IMG/VR virus record: IMGVR_UViG_3300032167_000098
Span: 1-64,000 of that record
Length of the DNA: 64,000 bases
Origin: an uncultured virus (IMG/VR IMGVR_UViG_3300032167_000098)
Taxonomy: Duplodnaviria; Heunggongvirae; Uroviricota; Caudoviricetes
Reading direction: 5' to 3' (one strand)
Position 1 is the stretch's first letter. Each line of letters begins with the position of its first letter. The notes beneath the pieces were generated by a model that saw only the letters and a list, made by a program, of their open reading frames with translations, did not search any database and was not told where the DNA came from. The position numbers and the translations under genes were made by a program. This document shows, piece by piece, positions 19,018-29,225 of the stretch.

Positions 19018-19400
19018 CAGAATAAGAATTCATACTCCTTATATGCTTTTGAGATGCGTTTGCATATCTTTTTAAAGATCAACGCAGCCCCTTCCTCTAT
19101 ATTATATAACGATTCTGGTTCATAAATATCGAAACCAAGTGTTCTCTCTTCAGGGCTGAGTTCTATCACATTGACTCTTATTTTGTTGAGATATGTCGTG
19201 ATATTGAGGTCTAACACCATTTCATGAACTTCAGGATCTGATACATTTTCCACATATGGCTCTCTATATAGTAAGGTGATGTATACATCGAATGTGTTAG
19301 GCGTAGTTTTGAATTTAAATGCACCGTCAAGCCAGTTATACATGTATCGACCTATCATGTTAACTTGTTGACTTGCAGGAATCTTCTTAAATGTTTTCAT
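19017..19400 (-). CDS. Hypothetical protein with leader MKTFKKIPAS
   Basis: ORF coupled to both neighbours; alternative start at 19415. Confidence 0.6.
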   Translation of the reverse strand: MKTFKKIPASQQVNMIGRYMYNWLDGAFKFKTTPNTFDVYITLLYREPYVENVSDPEVHEMVLDLNITTYLNKIRVNVIELSPEERTLGFDIYEPESLYNIEEGAALIFKKICKRISKAYKEYEFLF

Positions 19401-20680
19401 GTTATATCCGTCCATTCTCCATTTACATATCTATGTATCTTTAGTTTGCGTTCCCACTGTCCTGCAGATGAATTATACTGCCATAAGCCTAGGCTTGATA
19501 TCGGAACAGCTACCCAAGTTCCTGTAGTTGCATCATATTTATGTACGATTGAAGCTGCGGGGGTTTGTGACCAGTTAGAATACAGCTGTATTAAACTAGA
19601 ATCCGACGGCAGCGGATCAGATGGCTGAATCAGCGTTCCACCAGGTGTCAGTGACCATCCGTCAAAAGTATATCCAGTTCGAGTAGGTACTGGAAGCTGT
19701 CCAAACACAGGCTGTTGCCACTGTGCATACAATGTTAAATTAGCATTACTTGTATATGATTGTGCAACTGTGTATGTGGTTCCGGTTCCGGCTGCATTAG
19801 TATTCCAATTGATAAATGTTTTGGTGTATCGTTGCGTTTCAGGAGTTGCTACATCTGAAGGCACATTGAAATGAACAAAATATGGACCCGCAGGAACATC
19901 AGGACCGCGTCTTATCAATATAGGGCCATCTAAAGATTTGACAGCTACATATGTAGAAGTGTTCCCGTCAAACTGTCCTCCGTTAGCATTATATGTTATC
20001 ACAGCATTTTCAAGTGCATCTTTTAATGAGAATGTAGATGCCCATCCCCACCAGTCAGCTCCAGAAGTGTGTGTGGTAAATTGATTAAATTTAACATACA
20101 AACTCGCAAACGCGTTCATGGACTGATACTCTGATTTAAGATAGAAATATAATCTTTCATTAGATGTATCTGCAATGAATGTAGCTGTAGCACCATCAGG
20201 AGCATCTGTATATACATCACCATCAGATAGTACACGAGTTGCTACCACAATGTGAGGAGGTTCATACATGTGCGAAGTTGGATCATATATCGAAGAATCT
20301 GTTGATGCAAATATCGCATTTATACGAGGTAAAGATGCACCTCCAATTGTCCACGAATAGGGATTAACAGCTGGAAGTGATGTGATTCCATATTGACTTG
20401 ATGTTATGTGATTGTATACTAGTTCAACTTCTTTATTTGTTCCTGATGTATTGACTGCGCTATCAGGAGTTAATATTAGATACAGACCAAATGGTCGCTG
20501 GTTGAGCCAGCGTGCATTATGTGCTGAATACTTAGATCGGACGAGTTTCAAATATGTGATATAGATTTTTGCAGGATTGGATTCGTCAACTTCTAAGGTA
20601 GCCGTAAGTCTATCTTCGCCCGTACCTCCTACTTCAGTCCCAACTAAATGATTAACTATCTTATATTTAAATCTTGCCAT
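19397..20680 (-). CDS. Virion/tail protein with InlB B-repeat (Listeria-Bacteroides repeat) domains
   Basis: ITYNANGG, FINWNT..GTGTTY, NLTLYAQW and PTRTGYTFDGW. Confidence 0.7.
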   Translation of the reverse strand: MARFKYKIVNHLVGTEVGGTGEDRLTATLEVDESNPAKIYITYLKLVRSKYSAHNARWLNQRPFGLYLILTPDSAVNTSGTNKEVELVYNHITSSQYGITSLPAVNPYSWTIGGASLPRINAIFASTDSSIYDPTSHMYEPPHIVVATRVLSDGDVYTDAPDGATATFIADTSNERLYFYLKSEYQSMNAFASLYVKFNQFTTHTSGADWWGWASTFSLKDALENAVITYNANGGQFDGNTSTYVAVKSLDGPILIRRGPDVPAGPYFVHFNVPSDVATPETQRYTKTFINWNTNAAGTGTTYTVAQSYTSNANLTLYAQWQQPVFGQLPVPTRTGYTFDGWSLTPGGTLIQPSDPLPSDSSLIQLYSNWSQTPAASIVHKYDATTGTWVAVPISSLGLWQYNSSAGQWERKLKIHRYVNGEWTDIT

Positions 20681-20709
20681 ATGTGTTCACCTGCTGTAAA
20701 TTTAACTGA

Positions 20710-21936
20710 TCACCAGCCGATGCCGATAGAACCATCAGGAATATTAGGATCAGCTAGCGGTTCAGTTTTTGAAATATATAGACGAACTGCAGCATTAGTT
20801 CCGGGATGGAATGTTATGTATCCATTCGGCATGTCTTCTTTGATAGATTTTAGATGATATCCGAGTATATCAATAGCTTCATTGCGAGCTAGTGCATTTA
20901 ACAACATTGACCATATTATATTGTGACTGTGATCGAGGTCTCTTGCTTCAATAGTTGAAGGTGAGGAAGGAAGCGACGGTACTACAGTATTAGGATTCTC
21001 TGAGATAGTATAATCAACACCATCTTCATCAGTGAGCGATAGTGCTTTGAATGTGTCACCAGATTGATCAAATTCTACCAGCTGTGCCGGACCTTGTGTG
21101 TGCGAATATGGATCATTATAGTTGATGCTGTTGACCAATATTTCTACAGATTCTGGAAGGTACTGTAGATAAAGATTTGGTACTGTGAATATTACTTTTG
21201 CTGCCCAAGGGAATACAGCCGGACCTAAGTAGTCGCCATCTTGCGGATCTGCAGTTGTCCAAGAGTCCATTCCAGCTGTCCCATTCAGTACGCTGCTATC
21301 TGTAAATCCTGTTAATATGATATAGGGTTCACGACCTGCTTGAATTTTAGAAGTCAGTTCTAGTCGTAATACAGGAGCTACAGAGAGGTCCGGTGTAAAT
21401 GCAGATACAGGCTCAGTAGCTGACTGAGGTGTCCATGTACCTGCTTGAAGAAGTATGCCGTCAAGTATCTTAGGATAGCTCTCATTTAATCTAAGACGTC
21501 GTTTCTGAAGCATCCATCCTGATATATCCGAAGACATCGGAAGTTGTGCGGGGTCTGCTACTGATCCAGATGGATGATTATCAGGATCATTTCCAAGCAT
21601 CCATCCGTAACTTTGAACTTTGTACGGAAAGATTGTTTCACCTGATTCAAATAGACCTTCGCCATCGAAGTAAGAAGCATATATAGTATTCGCTGCCCTC
21701 AATCTAGTATTTGTAGGTAGTTGAATATCTAATCGATATCTACGTGCAGAGCCTACATACGTACCGAGATCTGCAGGTACTCGTAGTACAAGCGACGTGC
21801 CCATAGCAATAGACGACGATAACCATTCCTTGGGAGATGCTGGAACAGCATCAGGATCTGTAGATTTGACTTGTTTCACATACTCTTCATAAGCATTCAA
21901 GCCCATCACACGACCTTCATCCCATAATTCTGCCAT
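20710..21936 (-). CDS. Putative tail/baseplate structural protein
   Basis: 408 aa, Pro/Gly/beta-rich, C-terminal PDGSIGIGW; tail cluster with class L promoter. Confidence 0.5.
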   Translation of the reverse strand: MAELWDEGRVMGLNAYEEYVKQVKSTDPDAVPASPKEWLSSSIAMGTSLVLRVPADLGTYVGSARRYRLDIQLPTNTRLRAANTIYASYFDGEGLFESGETIFPYKVQSYGWMLGNDPDNHPSGSVADPAQLPMSSDISGWMLQKRRLRLNESYPKILDGILLQAGTWTPQSATEPVSAFTPDLSVAPVLRLELTSKIQAGREPYIILTGFTDSSVLNGTAGMDSWTTADPQDGDYLGPAVFPWAAKVIFTVPNLYLQYLPESVEILVNSINYNDPYSHTQGPAQLVEFDQSGDTFKALSLTDEDGVDYTISENPNTVVPSLPSSPSTIEARDLDHSHNIIWSMLLNALARNEAIDILGYHLKSIKEDMPNGYITFHPGTNAAVRLYISKTEPLADPNIPDGSIGIGW

Positions 21937-22063
21937 AATATGTTAAACCTCCTAGATTCACGATTGTATACTTTTATAGAAGGTTTACATGCATATGAAT
22001 ATAAAAAATAGAATGCTAAGTAGCATTCTATTAAATATGAATATTAGCAGATGAGGAATTTTG

Positions 22064-22594
22064 TTATTCAGTAGTGACGTAAAAGTCTATTACAAAGGAC
22101 GTAGAATCACCCGGGGCTAATGTAACTGGTGATTCCAATACTTCACGGTACAATAAGTATTGACTGCTATTGCCAGTTGCGCCAATAGCACTGCCGGCGA
22201 TAAGTTGCGATTTATATCCGATTTCACCTATTATCATATTAGTACTACCATTATTTGTGACAATAACAGTAATTCGTTTAATAATACGATTTAGACTTTC
22301 GTCACTGATTGGAGTTGTTGATACCTTACCTGAAATATTTGAGCCTATGGTTGACTCTAATTGGTAGTCATTAACACTCGGAGGGGTTGTACCAGAGCCT
22401 ACAGACCAACCTTGTGCACTATAATTTGTAGTGAAACTATCCATACTATCGCTTGACGGATAGGCATAGCTTTGTACGGGTACAAGATATCTTTCAACTC
22501 CGCTTATATCACGAACTTTAATGTATGTCGTTTTATTATAGTTGTTGCCGAGCATAACTATTTTTGAAAGATTTATAAAGTTATTAGTCAGCAT
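22064..22594 (-). CDS. Putative tail-associated beta-sandwich protein
   Basis: GSGTTPP..NDYQLE, IGEIG and REVL..PVTL.PG patterns typical of tail-fibre/baseplate attachment domains. Confidence 0.5.
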   Translation of the reverse strand: MLTNNFINLSKIVMLGNNYNKTTYIKVRDISGVERYLVPVQSYAYPSSDSMDSFTTNYSAQGWSVGSGTTPPSVNDYQLESTIGSNISGKVSTTPISDESLNRIIKRITVIVTNNGSTNMIIGEIGYKSQLIAGSAIGATGNSSQYLLYREVLESPVTLAPGDSTSFVIDFYVTTE

Positions 22595-22811
22595 TTATTA
22601 TTACCTCCATTTGATTATTATTTGTGACATCTTCTGCGGTAAGTATGTGATTTACTATTGGCACAACAGTTAATTCTGTTTGTACAGAACTACCTCCGTT
22701 ATCTGTACTAAACGTTACATATTCTCCAGGATGATCGGCGTCTTCGAGTTGCACGTTATCTATATTTTGAATAACGTCGTTTCCTAGTTTTACATTTTTC
22801 TTAGGCGTCAT
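22584..22811 (-). CDS. Small structural protein sharing an N-terminal module with 22936..23586
   Basis: KNVKLGNDVIQNIDNVQLEDAD..GEYVTFS versus RNIKLGNDVINDIETVKIEDAN..GQYVAFS. Confidence 0.6.
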   Translation of the reverse strand: MTPKKNVKLGNDVIQNIDNVQLEDADHPGEYVTFSTDNGGSSVQTELTVVPIVNHILTAEDVTNNNQMEVIINAD

Positions 22812-22935
22812 ATTGTTGTTAAATAAACCTCCTCTGTTCTTATACTTGCTGCATCTATATAAGGTTGCAGTAGTAGAAAATAAATAAAGAGAACAACTAA
22901 AAGTTGTTCTCTAAACCGATGATTTTTTTGTGTTG

Positions 22936-23586
22936 TTATCTTAGAGGAAGTCCGGATTCGACATTCTCATAGAGCCAATTTATAAAGGTTTCATCTGTTA
23001 TGTTTTGATCACCAGATATAGTAATAGTTTTATATAATGTACTATACCAATTATTATTGGCATAAGCTATCAAAGAATTATTGTTGTTATTATTAGTAAA
23101 TCCATATTTAAAATAATTATCATAAAAATCAATATAAATAAATTCATAATTATTATATGAACTATTTTTAAAATTTATATTATATTGACCAGAAATAGAA
23201 ATATTTATATTATCTTTAAATACAATAACATCACCATCGTGTAATACTAACACATCAGTAAAATCAGCATACAACGAAACTTCATCTGATTGAGGTGTAT
23301 ATGGAAATGTTACACGAGTTGATGCATCACCTTTGACGCTATTCCATCCACTAAACGACGCTGAAGGCTTCGTTGGATTGACGGGAGCCGATACAGATCC
23401 ACCGGACTGCACCATACTGATTGCATATGTGTTGTCATCGTAGTTTATGAATTTAACTGAATGTCCACCCGAGATTGTAGAGCCTAGCGAGAATGCGACA
23501 TATTGCCCTGAGTTATTAGCATCTTCAATCTTTACAGTTTCTATATCATTGATTACATCGTTGCCGAGTTTTATGTTTCTGCCCAT
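22936..23586 (-). CDS. Putative virion decoration protein with a B-repeat and an AT-rich C-terminal domain
   Basis: Shared N-module and VKF...GGSVSAPVNPTK....FSGW B-repeat; AGGAG RBS and its own class L promoter. Confidence 0.6.
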   Translation of the reverse strand: MGRNIKLGNDVINDIETVKIEDANNSGQYVAFSLGSTISGGHSVKFINYDDNTYAISMVQSGGSVSAPVNPTKPSASFSGWNSVKGDASTRVTFPYTPQSDEVSLYADFTDVLVLHDGDVIVFKDNINISISGQYNINFKNSSYNNYEFIYIDFYDNYFKYGFTNNNNNNSLIAYANNNWYSTLYKTITISGDQNITDETFINWLYENVESGLPLR

Positions 23587-23681
23587 AGCTGAAATCGCTC
23601 CTAGAATATAATTTGTTGTAAATATACAAGGTTGCATAATGTTAAATGCCCTACTATAGAAGTAAGGGCATCATCAACATA

Positions 23682-26051
23682 TTATGTTGCAGGAACTATT
23701 GTGTTTGATGTGTAGTATGTTGTATTAATTGTAGGAGTACTTTTAAAAGAACCACCTGTAATTGCAAACATCAGATATAAAGAATTGCTGTCAGTAGAGC
23801 CATTACCTTCAGAAGGGATACGATATGGTGTATTATATTCAGAAGTTTGAGTATCTGACAACTTTATGGAGGTACAACCGTAAAACATACCATCATAACA
23901 ATAATCAGCCAACGTAGTAGCAGGTAAAGCAGGAAGAGTCGTAAGAGAAGTACATCCGTAAAACATCTGATAATAACAACTATTAGCTAACGTAGTAGCA
24001 GGTAAAGCTGGTACTGTTGTGAGAGAAGTACATCCCATAAACATATAACAGTAGCAGAAATTACCTAACGTAGTAGCTGGTAATTCTGGAGCAGTTGTGA
24101 GAGAGGTACAGCCTCTGAACATACTTTGATAACAATTCTCAGCTAACGTAGTAGCAAGTAAAGCAGGAGGAGTCGTAAGAGAGGTACAACCATTAAACAT
24201 AGTATCATAACAACTCTCAGCTAACGTAGTAGCAGGTAAAGCAGGAGAAGTCGTAAGAGAGGTACAGTTATAGAACATACTGTTATAACATGACAATGCC
24301 AAAGACGTAGCTGGTAGAGCTGGGGCTATTGTGAGAGAAGTACAGTTTCCGAACATACCTTGATAGCAACGACTAGTTAATGCAGTAGCTGGTAATGCTG
24401 GAGCTGAAGTAAGAGATGTACAACCGTCGAACATATAACTGTAGCAGTTTCTAGATAACGCAGTAGCTGGTAATTCCGGAGCAGTTGTAAGCGAGGTACA
24501 ACCATAGAACATATATTGATAACAACGGTCAGCCCACATAATAGAGCCCCTCAACGTTGTAGCAGGTAATTCTGGAGCAGAGATAAGAGCAGTACAACCA
24601 TAGAACATATAACTGTAGCAGTCTAGACCCATTGTCGGGTGATTACCATCAGTTACAGTCTGATAATCTAGCAGGTTCTCAATATTTCCGCTACATGAAA
24701 TATTTGACCCAGACAACACCCATCTCGAACTTAAACTATTGCTATTACCAGTTATTCCTTTATTTCCTGTACCTCTAAGGTACAGTTTATTATTAGATCC
24801 ACTACTAAGCGTTGTAGTTCCATCCCAAGTATTCCATGTTGTTGTATCTGTAGAATACTCTAATGTTCCACCCCAGTGCTTTACATTGTCATAAACATTT
24901 AATGTAAATGAATTAGGACTACTAAATGTTACGTATGAATTTTGAGGAGGTTGTTCTTGATTCCGCTTCACATATCCATGTGATGCAATTCCCCACAAGT
25001 AATAGGTTGTATTAATTAAAGGAGTACCTGTAAAAGTACCTCCGGTATTAGCAAACATGCTGCTCAATGCATTATTTGCATCAGTACCTGTACCGCTTAA
25101 TGGAATTCGGTATGGAACTTGATAATCTCCTGTTTGAGTATCTGATAATTTCATAGAGGTACAGCCACTGAACATCCCATTATAACAACTCTCAGCTAAC
25201 GTAGTAGCTGGCAATGCTGGAGCTGCTGTAAGAGCTTTACAATCAGAGAACATACTCCGGTAACAACTATAAGCTAACGTAGTAGCAGGTAATTCCGGAG
25301 CTTTTGTAAGAGACGTGCAGTAGTGAAACATCTCATAGTAACACTTCCCAGCCAATGCGGTGGCTGGCAATGCTGGAGCTGTTTTAAGTGAAGTACAGCC
25401 ATTGAACATGTCCTCATAACAACTATAAGCTAACGTAGTAGCGGGTAATGCTGGGACTGTTGTGAGAGAAGCGCACCCATAGAACATGAAATCATAACAA
25501 CTCTCAGCTAACGTAGTAGCTGGCAATTCAGGAGCTGTCGTGAGAGCAGTACATCCTGCAAACATGTATCTATAGCACTCACTGACCAACGTAGTAGCTG
25601 GCAATGCCGGAGCTACGGTAAGAGCTGTACAGTTCTGAAACATAGCCTCGTAACAAGTGGTAGTTAATGTAGTAGCTGGTAGTTCCGGAGCTGCTATAAG
25701 AGCTTTACAGCCGGAGAACATAACACCATAACAACCACCAATCATTGTAGGATGATTTCCTGAAGCTACTGTTTGATAATCAAGAAGATTTTCTATGTTT
25801 CCTATGCAGGAAATATTCGATCCAGTTAGTCCCCAGCGACGCTTACTGACATTTGATGTTATATAAGTATTTCCTGTACCCCTTAAGTATAATTCATTAT
25901 TAGGTCCACTGCTGAGAGTTGTTCCAGTCCAAACATTCCATGTAACAGTATCAGTAGAGTACTCAATAGTTCCATTCCAGTGTTTTGTTAAGTCGTAAAC
26001 CTGTAAAGTAAATGAACTAGGACTACTAAAAGTTAAATAAGGATTTGGCAT
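23682..26051 (-). CDS. BspA/DUF285-like 26-aa LRR-repeat protein, two tandem modules (putative receptor-binding)
   Basis: 8 + 10 repeats of CYxxMFxGCTSLTTAPELPATTLAxx. Each module has the same N-domain (YxTFSSP...WxGTxEYSTD...LYLRGTGN) and C-cap (YRIP..G.G...MFAxTGG). Confidence 0.8.
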   Translation of the reverse strand: MPNPYLTFSSPSSFTLQVYDLTKHWNGTIEYSTDTVTWNVWTGTTLSSGPNNELYLRGTGNTYITSNVSKRRWGLTGSNISCIGNIENLLDYQTVASGNHPTMIGGCYGVMFSGCKALIAAPELPATTLTTTCYEAMFQNCTALTVAPALPATTLVSECYRYMFAGCTALTTAPELPATTLAESCYDFMFYGCASLTTVPALPATTLAYSCYEDMFNGCTSLKTAPALPATALAGKCYYEMFHYCTSLTKAPELPATTLAYSCYRSMFSDCKALTAAPALPATTLAESCYNGMFSGCTSMKLSDTQTGDYQVPYRIPLSGTGTDANNALSSMFANTGGTFTGTPLINTTYYLWGIASHGYVKRNQEQPPQNSYVTFSSPNSFTLNVYDNVKHWGGTLEYSTDTTTWNTWDGTTTLSSGSNNKLYLRGTGNKGITGNSNSLSSRWVLSGSNISCSGNIENLLDYQTVTDGNHPTMGLDCYSYMFYGCTALISAPELPATTLRGSIMWADRCYQYMFYGCTSLTTAPELPATALSRNCYSYMFDGCTSLTSAPALPATALTSRCYQGMFGNCTSLTIAPALPATSLALSCYNSMFYNCTSLTTSPALPATTLAESCYDTMFNGCTSLTTPPALLATTLAENCYQSMFRGCTSLTTAPELPATTLGNFCYCYMFMGCTSLTTVPALPATTLANSCYYQMFYGCTSLTTLPALPATTLADYCYDGMFYGCTSIKLSDTQTSEYNTPYRIPSEGNGSTDSNSLYLMFAITGGSFKSTPTINTTYYTSNTIVPAT

Positions 26052-26077
26052 TATTTATCATCCTCCTAAGTAGATAA

Positions 26078-28015
26078 TTATGCATTAGGATCTGGAGCAT
26101 ATATTGTGATTCCGTCGATTACTGCTATTGGAATACCTGTGGAAAGTACTTGGACTACTGTACCTTCTTGGGGCATGTTGACGTTCTTCCACTTCTGAGA
26201 AGCACTATCGTATGTGATACCTTGTCCGTCAGAAACATTGTTGATAGCAACGTCTGTTAAGTCAACAAGTGCTGAAGCACCGCCACCACCTTGTTGAATC
26301 GCTTGATAGATACCGTCGGAAGTAACTCCATTCAGACTTCCTTGAGTTGGAGTATTATCAAGAGGTGTATGTGTTAACCAAGTAACAGATCCATCAGGAT
26401 TCTCAACGAGTCCATTAGGATATAATTTGCTGTTAGACGTATAAAGAGTTGTATTTATACTAATAGACTGAGCAGTACCTCCTGTTCCTTCAATCATCAT
26501 ATCCAAACTGTTAGAACCCGCTGTTCCTGTTCCAGACGCAGGAACTCTATATGAACCAACATAATTACCTACTTGAGTACTCGAAAATTTAATCGAAGTA
26601 CAACCATTGAACATATACTCATAACAAGCCTCAGGTAACACAGTGGCGAATAAAACAGGAAGTACCTCAAGGGATGTACACCCTCTGAACATCTCATAAT
26701 AACAATCCTTAGTCAACGTAGTAGCAGGTAAAGCAGGGGGAGTTGTAAGAGCAGTACAACCTTCGAACATACTGAAATAACATCCATTAGCTAACGTAGT
26801 AGCTGGTAGGAGATCAAACGGAACATCTACAAGAGATGTACAACCACGGAACATACGACAATAGCAATTTTCAGCTAATGCAGTAGCTGGCAGTCTTACT
26901 GTCAGCGGACTTTTCAACGATGTACAATTATCAAACATGCCTTCAAAACTTCTAACTCCTACTGAAGTAGCTAATATTTTAGGAGTGGAAGTAAGAGCAG
27001 TACAACCGGAAAACATATCAGCATAACACATAGCCCCTACAGCACGAGCAGGTAAAACATGAGGTGAATTCACAAGAGACCTACATCCATTGAACATGAA
27101 AGAGTAACATGATATCAGAGAACCTAAATTTGTTGCTGGTAGCTCAGGAGCATATTTAAGAGAGGTGCAGCCCGAAAACATATAAGAATAGCACTCATCA
27201 TGCAGTACAGTAGCAGGTAATTCTGGAGCTACTACAAGAGAGGTACAACCTTGAAACATTTGTTTGTATCCGTATAATTCTACATTAAGTGATCCAAGAT
27301 ATGGAGCACCTGAAAGCGCAGTACAATTCTTAAATAAACTACGGAATGCACTAGCACTCATCTTTGGATGCAAACCTTTTTCTACACTTTTATAATCTAA
27401 TATGCTCTCTAGGTTACCTGAACATTGTATAAGAGATCCTGTAAGAACCCAAGGATAGAAATTATATTGAGCCGCTGTTACATAAGTATTACCTGAACCT
27501 CTTAAGTATATTTTATTGTTAGCACTGCTTACTGTTCCACCTGACCAGGTATGCCAATTGACTGCATCCGTAGAATACTCAATAGTTCCATCCCACGCTT
27601 TTATATTATTTGTTACTTGTAATGTAAATGAGTTGTTACTAGTAAAGACTATATAACTCGAAATTTCATTTCTCATTTGGGACAGCGAAACAGCATCAGT
27701 ATTGTACTGCGTATACGGTAGTCCAGTCACTCTATTGTTTTGCATGTTGATAGTTCCTGACATAGACCCGCCGCTGAGACTCAATTTATTACTTATTTCA
27801 TCAACTAACTCTTGTTTTATTTGATCTATCTCCTCAGGAGTTACACCTTCAGGAGCATATATAGAAACTCCGGCTATTTCAGCTATCTTAACGCCTTCTG
27901 AGAGTTTAGCACTTATCGAAGTTTTATCTACTTTAAGACTTCCATCGGCATTCATCTTCAGCAGAAGCGACTTAATAGCTCTATTAAGATGTTCTTCACC
28001 TAAAAACTTTTTCAT
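26078..28015 (-). CDS. 26-aa LRR-repeat protein with tail-fibre-like termini
   Basis: Third copy of the module (~10 repeats), plus LSLSGGSMSGTINM and LVDLTDVAI...DGQ..YD....W fibre motifs. Confidence 0.75.
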   Translation of the reverse strand: MKKFLGEEHLNRAIKSLLLKMNADGSLKVDKTSISAKLSEGVKIAEIAGVSIYAPEGVTPEEIDQIKQELVDEISNKLSLSGGSMSGTINMQNNRVTGLPYTQYNTDAVSLSQMRNEISSYIVFTSNNSFTLQVTNNIKAWDGTIEYSTDAVNWHTWSGGTVSSANNKIYLRGSGNTYVTAAQYNFYPWVLTGSLIQCSGNLESILDYKSVEKGLHPKMSASAFRSLFKNCTALSGAPYLGSLNVELYGYKQMFQGCTSLVVAPELPATVLHDECYSYMFSGCTSLKYAPELPATNLGSLISCYSFMFNGCRSLVNSPHVLPARAVGAMCYADMFSGCTALTSTPKILATSVGVRSFEGMFDNCTSLKSPLTVRLPATALAENCYCRMFRGCTSLVDVPFDLLPATTLANGCYFSMFEGCTALTTPPALPATTLTKDCYYEMFRGCTSLEVLPVLFATVLPEACYEYMFNGCTSIKFSSTQVGNYVGSYRVPASGTGTAGSNSLDMMIEGTGGTAQSISINTTLYTSNSKLYPNGLVENPDGSVTWLTHTPLDNTPTQGSLNGVTSDGIYQAIQQGGGGASALVDLTDVAINNVSDGQGITYDSASQKWKNVNMPQEGTVVQVLSTGIPIAVIDGITIYAPDPNA

Positions 28016-28044
28016 ATATAAATTGTTCTCCTCTCACTGTTATC

Positions 28045-28437
28045 TCAATCATAATACCAAACAAGCTTTCCTGGGAATGAACTGTTTGGATAAAACCATC
28101 GCGTATTACCTCCAAAGCTGAACTCAGCACCGCCACTCCAAATATCTTCAGGATTAAAGCTTACATAATTTAACTTACATAACATTTTTCCTGTTTTACC
28201 AGATTCCAGAAAATTCGGATATTCATTGTAGAAGAATACCTGATAACCGTCTTTGACATATTGATATATCTCCTCTATTGATATATCTAAGATATGATGA
28301 CCACTCGGTTCATCATAGTAATTATCTATGCACTTTATTTTACCGTGTCCTAGAGACACAATCCCTTCTTCAATATTATTCAGTCTGTCAGCTGTAATAA
28401 TATCAGAAGGTCTCCAAATATGCTGTGTATAACTCAT
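28045..28437 (-). CDS. Tail-associated protein with HxW...IT...LN.IE N-module
   Basis: HIWRPSDIITADRLNNIEEGI. Confidence 0.6.
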   Translation of the reverse strand: MSYTQHIWRPSDIITADRLNNIEEGIVSLGHGKIKCIDNYYDEPSGHHILDISIEEIYQYVKDGYQVFFYNEYPNFLESGKTGKMLCKLNYVSFNPEDIWSGGAEFSFGGNTRWFYPNSSFPGKLVWYYD

Positions 28438-28461
28438 ATTACTTCTCCTTCACGATTTATG

Positions 28462-29205
28462 TTACTCAGCACTATTATCAAAAATAGAGCCGATACGAAC
28501 GCGATATGATCCGGGACATACTATAGGACTTCCTTCTTCTGGATAGAAGAATGATGTGAATACCCAGTTTTCCAAATTTGAATCACATGTTATTTTACAC
28601 GCAGGATTGTCCACTTGATCTGTAAATACTAACCGACCGTCTTCATCACTACGACGATACAAAAATACTGAATGCAGATAGTCTAAAGAAGCTACATTTA
28701 TAACAAATTTATCTATAGGATAATCTTTGTAGCTCTCATCAGAAAATACCAGTGAAGCAGGCTGATCTGAGAGAGTGATATCTGTGTTTAGAAATTCAAT
28801 GTAAGCAGTAGATGTTGAATAGATAGGCGATGCAGATAAATCTTCAGTGTAGAAGGCGTAAGTATCACCATATTTTCCTAATTGTACGGTAGCGGACGCT
28901 CCATTATTATGTAACTCGTAACTGTATAAATCTCGTAGGTTATGATATTCTTCATTCATGAAAGACTCACGCAGATCACATTGAATCCACTTGCCTTCAT
29001 TTATAATACTCATAATGTCGTTAACACTTAAAGGTAGTGAAATTGTAAATGCTGAAGTATCTCCATCAACTGTATCTACATTGTATGCTTCAGCTATGAC
29101 TTTAACTATATTAAATACAGGTTCTACTGAATTTTCTATTCTATTCAAATCTTCTGAAGTTATTAGCTCATCAGATTCCCAGTGTTTTGAAATAGGCTCT
29201 GCCAT
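28462..29205 (-). CDS. Tail-associated protein with the same N-module
   Basis: KHWESDELITSEDLNRIENSV. Confidence 0.6.
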   Translation of the reverse strand: MAEPISKHWESDELITSEDLNRIENSVEPVFNIVKVIAEAYNVDTVDGDTSAFTISLPLSVNDIMSIINEGKWIQCDLRESFMNEEYHNLRDLYSYELHNNGASATVQLGKYGDTYAFYTEDLSASPIYSTSTAYIEFLNTDITLSDQPASLVFSDESYKDYPIDKFVINVASLDYLHSVFLYRRSDEDGRLVFTDQVDNPACKITCDSNLENWVFTSFFYPEEGSPIVCPGSYRVRIGSIFDNSAE

Positions 29206-29225
29206 TTAGTAAATCCTCCTTACAA

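Noticed and set aside
22936..28015. Diversity-generating retroelement acting on tail genes
   Set aside because: No reverse transcriptase and no TR/VR pair differing only at adenines is visible in the window.
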